From NCBI GenBank assembly GCA_963668625.2, contig CAXXKA010000001.1, positions 256,001 to 320,000 on the forward strand: a stretch of 64,000 nt of DNA, in the 5' to 3' direction. Made by a program: the position numbers and the translations under genes. The notes under the pieces were generated by a model. That model worked only from the letters and a program-made list of their open reading frames with translations, had not been told where the DNA came from and did no database searches. This document shows, piece after piece, positions 57,786 to 64,000 of the stretch. Source of the DNA: an uncultured candidate division Zixibacteria bacterium. GTDB taxonomy: Bacteria; Zixibacteria; MSB-5A5; UBA10806; 4484-95. Position 1 is the first letter of the stretch; each line of letters opens with the position of its first letter.

Positions 57786-59021
57786 ATGGACCCGCACAAA
57801 AAATTCTGCACTAACGATAGGGGCCGTGAAAAGAATCATGAGCCCGATAAACAGCGTCTGATAATGCATATCGATATGGACGCGTTTTTCGCCTCGATAG
57901 AGATCGCCCACATGCCCTCACTGGAGGGCAAGGCCGTAATTATCGGCGGTGATCCCAACTCGCGTGGCGTGGTTACCACCTGCTCTTACGAGGCGCGCAA
58001 GTTTGGCGTGCATTCGGCCATGTCCTCGTACGAGGCAAAAAAGCGATGTCCGCACGGCATATTCCTGCACAACTCTACCGATAAGTATGGCTATGTCTCG
58101 ATGGAGATCATGAAACTACTGACAGATTTCTCGCCCCAGGTCGAACCGTTCTCGGTCGATGAGGCATTTTTGGATATCACCGAGACAGTCGATCGCTGGG
58201 GCGGCCCCGGCCCGATATCTATCGAGATCAAAAAGCGTATCTGGGATAGCCTGCGGATGACTTGCTCAATCGGCATATCGGCGGTGCGATTCGTGGCCAA
58301 GATGGCCTCGGGGGCGGAAAAACCCGATGGCCTGACTATTGTCGAGCCGGGTAAGGAAAAAGAGTTTCTCTGGCCACAACCGATCGGCAACCTCTGGGGG
58401 GTAGGCCCGAAATCGGCCGAGGCGTTTAACAAAATCGGCGTGTTCACTATCGCTGATCTGGCCAAAGTGCCTAAGCACAAGATGAAAAAATATTTCGGCA
58501 TCGTAGGCGATTCTCTTCGCGATATGGCCAACGGTATCGGTAATAACGAGATTCATTTCACGCATGATGAGTCCGAGGAGAAATCGATGGGGCATGAGCA
58601 TACGTTCGGAGCCAATGTCTCGGATATCGATAAAATACACAGCATGATGCTTCGCCTGTCAGATAAAGTATCCCGTCGTTTGCGAAGCGCCGGCTACGTG
58701 GGCAGGACAGTCACGCTCAAGGTTAAGCATGCAGATGCCCGCCTGAAAACGCGCGCCAACACGTTTAGCCGTCCCACCGACTGCGCCGTCATGATATATA
58801 ACCACGCGGTCAAGCTTCTGCAAAAGCATCGTCTGGCCGAATCGCCGATCCGCCTGGTAGGGGTATCGGTATCCAAACTCAGCCCAAAATCGGAACCGGC
58901 CCAGTGCGATTTACTTGGCAATCCAGATGAGCGTTCCGAGAAAATAGACAGTGTCATTGATACCCTGCGCAATAAGTACGGGGAACAGGCAATCACGTTT
59001 GCCGGTGAACAAATACTATAG
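57786..59021 (+). CDS. dinB: DNA polymerase IV (Y family)
   Basis: HIDMDAFFASIE, SYEARKFGV.SAM, SVDEAFLD, AKMAS..KPDG, IRLVGV. Confidence 0.95.
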   Translation: MDPHKKFCTNDRGREKNHEPDKQRLIMHIDMDAFFASIEIAHMPSLEGKAVIIGGDPNSRGVVTTCSYEARKFGVHSAMSSYEAKKRCPHGIFLHNSTDKYGYVSMEIMKLLTDFSPQVEPFSVDEAFLDITETVDRWGGPGPISIEIKKRIWDSLRMTCSIGISAVRFVAKMASGAEKPDGLTIVEPGKEKEFLWPQPIGNLWGVGPKSAEAFNKIGVFTIADLAKVPKHKMKKYFGIVGDSLRDMANGIGNNEIHFTHDESEEKSMGHEHTFGANVSDIDKIHSMMLRLSDKVSRRLRSAGYVGRTVTLKVKHADARLKTRANTFSRPTDCAVMIYNHAVKLLQKHRLAESPIRLVGVSVSKLSPKSEPAQCDLLGNPDERSEKIDSVIDTLRNKYGEQAITFAGEQIL

Positions 59022-59201
59022 TAGCCATAATGTAACATTCGATTACCTCTAATTTTTAAGCAGAACGAGTATTATCATAATTAATTAACTTAACATTAAT
59101 GTCCTTTGATGTTCATTTTTTGTCATATTTAACTTGCATCCACAGGTTTTTGTATTATTTTCACTATTTGCCGCCTTGGGGGCTAGCGGTGGAGTATTGC
59201 T

Positions 59202-60518
59202 ATGTTTGATCAGTTAACTGAAAGACTTGACTCGGTTTTTAAGAAAATCACCGGCCGAGGTGTGCTTAACGAGAAAGATGTTAAAGCCGCCATGAAAGAG
59301 GTCCGGATGGCTTTACTTGAGGCCGATGTTAACTATAAGGTAGCCAAGAATTTTATCGCCAATGTCCAGGAGCGAGCTGTTGGCCACGAGGTAACCAGTT
59401 CCATTAAACCCGGCCAGCAAGTGGTTAAGATCGTCAATGACGAGTTAGTCAAGCTTCTGGGACAACAAAACGCGCCTTTGAATTCGGCCCCACAGCCGCC
59501 AACTATTGTTATGATGGTTGGTCTTCATGGTTGCGGCAAGACGACACTTTCAGGTAAACTTTCCAAATTATTCAAAAAACGCGGCAAGCACCCTCTACTT
59601 GTAGCCGCGGACATTCATCGCCCGGCGGCCAAAAAGCAGTTGGAGATTCTGGCAAAATCACTTGATATGCCGTTCTTCACCAGCGAATCCAGCGCCCCGG
59701 ACATTTGCACGGAGTCGATCAAGTATGCCAGGGAGAAGCTCTACGATCTGGTCATACTCGATACCGCAGGCCGCCTGCAAATTGATGATGAACTGATGGC
59801 TGAGTTGGAGAGTATAAAAAAGAAAGTGAATCCCACAGAGGTATTATTCGTTGCCGATTCCATGACCGGTCAGGAGGCTGTCAATGTAGCCAAAGCGTTT
59901 CACGAACGTATCGAGGTTACGGGTGTGGCGCTTACCAAGCTGGATGGTGATGCCAGGGGCGGCGCGGCGCTGTCTATCAAATCGGTGCTGGATGTGCCGG
60001 TGAAATTCATCGGTGTGGGTGAGAAACTCGATGCTATCGAGGAGTTCCATCCCGACCGTATGGCCTCGCGAATTCTTGGTATGGGGGATGTCGTAACGCT
60101 GGTTGAGAAAGCTCAAGCGGCGGTCGATCTTGATAAAGCCAAAAAATTAGAGGAGAAACTCAAAAAGTCCGAGTTTACTTTCGAAGATTTTTTGGATCAG
60201 TTAAAACAGGTGAAGAAGATGGGACCTTTGGAATCGCTTCTCGAGATGATACCGGGCGCCGGCGGAAAGCTTAAGGGCCTTAAGGTTGACGATAAGGCGT
60301 TGCCCAGGATAGAGGCGATTATCAGTTCTATGACCACCGAGGAAAGACGCAAGCCGCAAATCATAAACGGCTCTCGCCGCAAGCGAATTGCCCGCGGCAG
60401 CGGAACTTCCGTGCATGATGTCAACGTTTTATTAAAGCAGTTCACACAAATGCAAAAGATGGTCAAGAAGATGTCGAAGTTTAATTTCAAAGGTTTTCCA
60501 CAGGGATTCCCGATATAA
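59202..60518 (+). CDS. ffh: signal recognition particle protein
   Basis: ALLEADV, G.GKTT, DTAGR, TKLDGDARGG, M-domain SRRKRIARGSG. Confidence 0.97.
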   Translation: MFDQLTERLDSVFKKITGRGVLNEKDVKAAMKEVRMALLEADVNYKVAKNFIANVQERAVGHEVTSSIKPGQQVVKIVNDELVKLLGQQNAPLNSAPQPPTIVMMVGLHGCGKTTLSGKLSKLFKKRGKHPLLVAADIHRPAAKKQLEILAKSLDMPFFTSESSAPDICTESIKYAREKLYDLVILDTAGRLQIDDELMAELESIKKKVNPTEVLFVADSMTGQEAVNVAKAFHERIEVTGVALTKLDGDARGGAALSIKSVLDVPVKFIGVGEKLDAIEEFHPDRMASRILGMGDVVTLVEKAQAAVDLDKAKKLEEKLKKSEFTFEDFLDQLKQVKKMGPLESLLEMIPGAGGKLKGLKVDDKALPRIEAIISSMTTEERRKPQIINGSRRKRIARGSGTSVHDVNVLLKQFTQMQKMVKKMSKFNFKGFPQGFPI

Positions 60519-60552
60519 ATAATGATTTAAATAAACATCGACAGGAGGATCA

Positions 60553-60903
60553 GTGGCACTTAAGATAAGGTTGCGTAGAATGGGAGCCAAAAAACGGCCA
60601 TTCTACCGCATCGTCGCAATCGATTCGCGCAAAGCGAGAGATGGCAAATTCGTAGACGTACTCGGATGGTATAACCCGATCGAGAAACCGGGCAAAGTTA
60701 AATTCCACGAGGAAAAAATCTACCAGCACCTCGACCAGGGCGCGATCATATCCGATACTGTGGCGAGCATATTCAGACAAACCGGCTTATTGGAAAAATA
60801 TTCGAAAGTCAAAAAAGGTGAGGATGTCTCCGATATGACCGTATCTGAGACTCTGAAGGAAAAAGCCAAAAAGAAAAAGAAGAAAACCGCTACTGAAGAG
60901 TAG
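60553..60903 (+). CDS. rpsP: 30S ribosomal protein S16
   Basis: KIRLRRMGAKKRPFYRIV. Confidence 0.97.
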   Translation: MALKIRLRRMGAKKRPFYRIVAIDSRKARDGKFVDVLGWYNPIEKPGKVKFHEEKIYQHLDQGAIISDTVASIFRQTGLLEKYSKVKKGEDVSDMTVSETLKEKAKKKKKKTATEE

Positions 60904-60944
60904 AGGTGCTCACGCTGAACTACACTATTCACTAAGGAGGCGAT

Positions 60945-61175
60945 ATGAAGGAATTCATCGAATTCATCGCTCGAGCGCTGGTTGACAATCCTAACAATGT
61001 CGAAGTTTCCGAGGTTGAGGGGGAGAAAACAACTGTTTACGAGTTAAGAGTTGCGCCCGAGGACCTGGGTAAGGTAATTGGGCGAAAAGGTCAGACTGCT
61101 AAAGCTATCAGAACTCTTATTGCGGCTGTTTCCGCCAAGAAAGGTAAACGGGCATTACTGGAGATTCTTGAATAG
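60945..61175 (+). CDS. khpA: KH-domain RNA-binding protein (KhpA/UPF0109)
   Basis: [18 protein letters not shown]; conserved position after rpsP. Confidence 0.92.
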   Translation: MKEFIEFIARALVDNPNNVEVSEVEGEKTTVYELRVAPEDLGKVIGRKGQTAKAIRTLIAAVSAKKGKRALLEILE

Positions 61176-61176
61176 T

Positions 61177-61695
61177 GTGAGCCCTGATGATAAAACACTG
61201 ATTGCCCTGGGGCTTATCGTAAAGCCTCGGGGTCTTTCAGGTGAGGTCCTGATCAGAGCTTATAACGAGTCTAACCCGAACATAAAAGAAAACCTGCCAG
61301 TAGTAATATCCGTTAAGGATAAAAGTATCGATGCCACGGTTGAATCGGCCAGATGGTACGGTAACCGGTTTGGGGTTAAATTCAAAAATATAAGCGGTAG
61401 GGATCAAGCGGATAATATTAAGGGCGGCGAAATTTTTACAGAAATGAAGAATTTGCCCGAGACAAAGCCTGGCGAATTCTTCGTTTTTGAATTAATCGGC
61501 CTCCTTGTTGTCGAAAAGGACGACGTGATCTTTGGCAAAATAATCGATGTAATGAGCTTACCGGCAAACGATGTCCTGATAGTCGAACATGAGGGCGAAA
61601 ACGCGCTCATACCGATGATCAAAGAGGCAATCGATGATATCGATATCGCGGCCGGACGTGTGATGGTCAGCCGGGCAAAGGAGTTCCTGACATGA
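61177..61695 (+). CDS. rimM: 16S rRNA processing protein RimM
   Basis: G.IVKPRGL.GEV, F..ELIGL, ANDVL, LIP; GTG start at 61177. Confidence 0.92.
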   Translation: MSPDDKTLIALGLIVKPRGLSGEVLIRAYNESNPNIKENLPVVISVKDKSIDATVESARWYGNRFGVKFKNISGRDQADNIKGGEIFTEMKNLPETKPGEFFVFELIGLLVVEKDDVIFGKIIDVMSLPANDVLIVEHEGENALIPMIKEAIDDIDIAAGRVMVSRAKEFLT

Positions 61696-62429
61696 GAATC
61701 GATGTCTTGAGCCTGTTTCCCGATATGATAACCGGGCCGCTTGAGCAGAGCATTATCGGCCGGGCTGTCGAAAACGGCATAATCGATTTGCACACGCACG
61801 ATATCCGCGACTATGCCACCGATAAGCATCGAGTGGTGGATGATACGCCTTTCGGCGGTGGCGCCGGCATGGTTATGATGGTCGAGCCGCTGTTTAACGC
61901 GATCAAGGCGATCGATCCGGATAACAAAGCCAGGAAAATTATCACTGACGCCTCCGGTGAGAAATTCGACCAGGTTAGCGCTAAAAAACTGATGGTCGAG
62001 GATTGGCTTTTGATTATTTGCGGACATTACAAAGGCGTGGATGAGCGAATAAAGGAGCTTTTCGATATTACGGAAATATCGGTCGGCGATTATGTCCTGA
62101 CCGGTGGAGAGTTGCCGGCGCTTATTATTATCGATTCCGTGGCCAGATTGGTGCCCGGAGTAATAAAAGAGATTGACTCTGCTCAGTCGGATGCGTTTTT
62201 TGAGGGGTTACTGGGTTATCCGGAATACACCCAGCCCAGAGAATTCATGGGGCATAAAGTTCCGGATGAATTGTTGAATGGAAATCACGAAAGGATCAGG
62301 CAATGGCGATTGGCGCAATCGCTTCTAAGAACAAGATCGAGACGACCTGATTTGTTGAAGAATAAAGATCTTGATGATGACGAAATAAAATTATTGAATC
62401 TGGAGGATAGAGATGTTAAAAACAATTGA
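61692..62429 (+). CDS. trmD: tRNA (guanine37-N1)-methyltransferase
   Basis: [32 protein letters not shown]. Confidence 0.97.
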   Translation: MRIDVLSLFPDMITGPLEQSIIGRAVENGIIDLHTHDIRDYATDKHRVVDDTPFGGGAGMVMMVEPLFNAIKAIDPDNKARKIITDASGEKFDQVSAKKLMVEDWLLIICGHYKGVDERIKELFDITEISVGDYVLTGGELPALIIIDSVARLVPGVIKEIDSAQSDAFFEGLLGYPEYTQPREFMGHKVPDELLNGNHERIRQWRLAQSLLRTRSRRPDLLKNKDLDDDEIKLLNLEDRDVKNN

Positions 62430-62760
62430 GAGCAGGTACCTTAAAGACAATTTGCCAGATTTCAAATCGGGCGATAATGTCCGAGTACATGTGAAAATCA
62501 AAGAGGGCGATAAAGAAAGAGTCCAGGTTTTTCAGGGTGATGTTATCGCTAAGAAAGGTAAAGGCATTCAGGCCTCGTTCACTGTCAGGCGTATTACCTC
62601 CGGTATCGGCGTGGAAAGAATTTTCCCGTTGCACTCGCCTAATGTCACAAAGATTCAGGTGCTCCGGCAGGGTCGTGTCAGACGGTCGAAACTTTACTAT
62701 CTCAGAGATCGTACCGGTAAAGCTGCCCGTATTCCCGCTAAAGTTGCCGAGAAGAAATAG
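62413..62760 (+). CDS. rplS: 50S ribosomal protein L19
   Basis: [31 protein letters not shown]. Confidence 0.97.
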   Translation: MLKTIESRYLKDNLPDFKSGDNVRVHVKIKEGDKERVQVFQGDVIAKKGKGIQASFTVRRITSGIGVERIFPLHSPNVTKIQVLRQGRVRRSKLYYLRDRTGKAARIPAKVAEKK

Positions 62761-63358
62761 CTTTTTACGGGAGGGATGTATCGAGCGTAAAATTATTTGC
62801 GGCACCGATGAGGTTGGTCGAGGGCCATTAGCCGGACCTGTCGTAGCCGCCGCCGTGATACTCGATCCCGATAAGCCCATAGATGGCCTGGCCGACTCGA
62901 AAACGATATCGCCGGCCGGCCGACTGAAAATATTTTCAGAGATTTTAGATAACGCCGCTGATTTCGCGATCGCCGGCGTTTCTTGCGTTGTAATAGATAA
63001 AATCAATATCCTTCAAGCTTCGCTTCTGGCAATGAAAGTTGCTATAGAAAAATTGCGAATCCGACCTGATTTGGTTTATATCGATGGCAACAAAACCATA
63101 CCGGGGCTGGCGGTGAAGCAAAAAGCGGTCGTTGGCGGTGATAGACTTATTCCCCAGGTGTCCGCCGCCTCGATACTGGCTAAAGTTACTCGGGATACGC
63201 ACATGTTCGAGATGTCGAAAATATATCCCGAGTACAATTTCGAGAAGCATAAAGGCTATGGCACCAAAGAGCATATTGAGTTGATAAACGAATTCGGTCC
63301 CTGCGAAATCCACCGAAAGTCATTCAGCCCCATCTCTCAGTTCGAATTATTGAAGTAG
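62744..63358 (+). CDS. rnhB: ribonuclease HII
   Basis: [41 protein letters not shown]; start uncertain (in-frame TTG at 62744). Confidence 0.93.
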   Translation: MPRRNSFLREGCIERKIICGTDEVGRGPLAGPVVAAAVILDPDKPIDGLADSKTISPAGRLKIFSEILDNAADFAIAGVSCVVIDKINILQASLLAMKVAIEKLRIRPDLVYIDGNKTIPGLAVKQKAVVGGDRLIPQVSAASILAKVTRDTHMFEMSKIYPEYNFEKHKGYGTKEHIELINEFGPCEIHRKSFSPISQFELLK

Positions 63359-63612
63359 GATATTATTATACGCCGCATATCGCCGGGAAAGGATGAACAA
63401 AGGACTTCGTCCGCCCAGCGACACATGCAAATGGCTTTTTCAACAAGCCCTCCGGGTGGGGGAAAACGAGGAGCGGCTATTCTAAGCAGGTTATGCAGCC
63501 AACCATAAATACCCCATAAACAAACCTATAAAAAGTTACCCCAAACCCGAATCTTTATGGTAAAATTGCCGTAGTATCTAATCTGTTTATTCGTTATGAG
63601 GATGTAGGGAAA

Positions 63613-64000
63613 ATGGCAAAAGACTTAACGCAGGGTTCGATATCGAGGATCCTGCTTCGCTTGGCGTTCCCCGGGATTTTATCGCTTCTGGGAATAACGA
63701 TCAATCATTTCATAGATGGTATCTGGGTCGGACGAATCGGGCCGAAAGCTCTGGCGGCAATCGCCCCGGCGGCGTTCGTTATCTGGATAATATATTCGCT
63801 TGTGGATATCATGCCTATCGGGTTGATGGCGGTTATCTCACGTTACTATGGTGAAAAGCGGCCGGATAAAGCCTCCGATACATCGCAAAAGGCGCTTCAG
63901 TTCATATTTCTCCTATCCATTATATTTACATTAATTGGCGTATTTTTCTCCAAGCATATCGTGCAACTGGTCGGCTTATCAGAGGAGGTCGTGCGGCTTG
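63613..64000 (+). CDS. MATE family efflux transporter (partial, runs off the window)
   Basis: my translation: MAKDLTQGSISRILLRLAFPGILSLLGITINHFIDGIWVGRIGPKALAAI...ISRYYG, a typical MATE N-terminus. Confidence 0.88.
   Translation, partial: MAKDLTQGSISRILLRLAFPGILSLLGITINHFIDGIWVGRIGPKALAAIAPAAFVIWIIYSLVDIMPIGLMAVISRYYGEKRPDKASDTSQKALQFIFLLSIIFTLIGVFFSKHIVQLVGLSEEVVRL

Noticed and set aside
59022-59201. SRP RNA (ffs) upstream of ffh
   Set aside because: No SRP domain IV GGAA-tetraloop stem is visible, only a short hairpin near the RBS.
1219-63313. Numerous minus-strand ORFs (for example 3884-4669, 27715-28311, 45671-46351, 61404-62027)
   Set aside because: They are antisense shadows of well-supported + strand genes and carry no recognisable motifs.

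Overview
64-kb chromosomal window from a diderm (LPS-producing) bacterium. Every convincing gene is on the + strand. The lineage is probably uncultured, for example FCB-associated or Zixibacteria-like; this is inferred from gene content only. In order: (1) a hydrolase/peptidase operon (M16, HDAC, FAH, M1, membrane protein, creatininase); (2) a three-gene outer-membrane module behind a sigma54 promoter with IHF and enhancer-like sites; (3) a DUF401-like transporter and an ECF sigma/anti-sigma/HtrA-like module whose protease triad looks disabled; (4) a type IV pilus cluster (pilA, pilT, minor pilins, pilMNOPQ, an Ig-repeat lipoprotein, pilB, pilC); (5) envelope and housekeeping genes (TamB/TamA-like, mnmA, lipid A acyltransferase, comEC); (6) an expanded MglA/MglB polarity cluster (DUF4388, four roadblock-domain proteins, an MglA with a ~290-aa tail) running into a second pilB-pilT-pilC-pilS set with no pilR; (7) an SOS locus in which lexA is separated from a DUF6504-like gene and dinB by a REP-bounded, AT-rich insert carrying a PD-(D/E)XK nuclease-like gene and a REP-associated Y1 transposase (RAYT); (8) ffh-rpsP-khpA-rimM-trmD-rplS-rnhB and the start of a MATE transporter. 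I recognised no CRISPR array, rRNA or tRNA. The best candidates for novelty are the REP/RAYT/nuclease insert in the LexA operon, the expanded Mgl-pilus module and the HtrA pseudo-protease. All family calls come from recognising motifs by eye; no searches were run.
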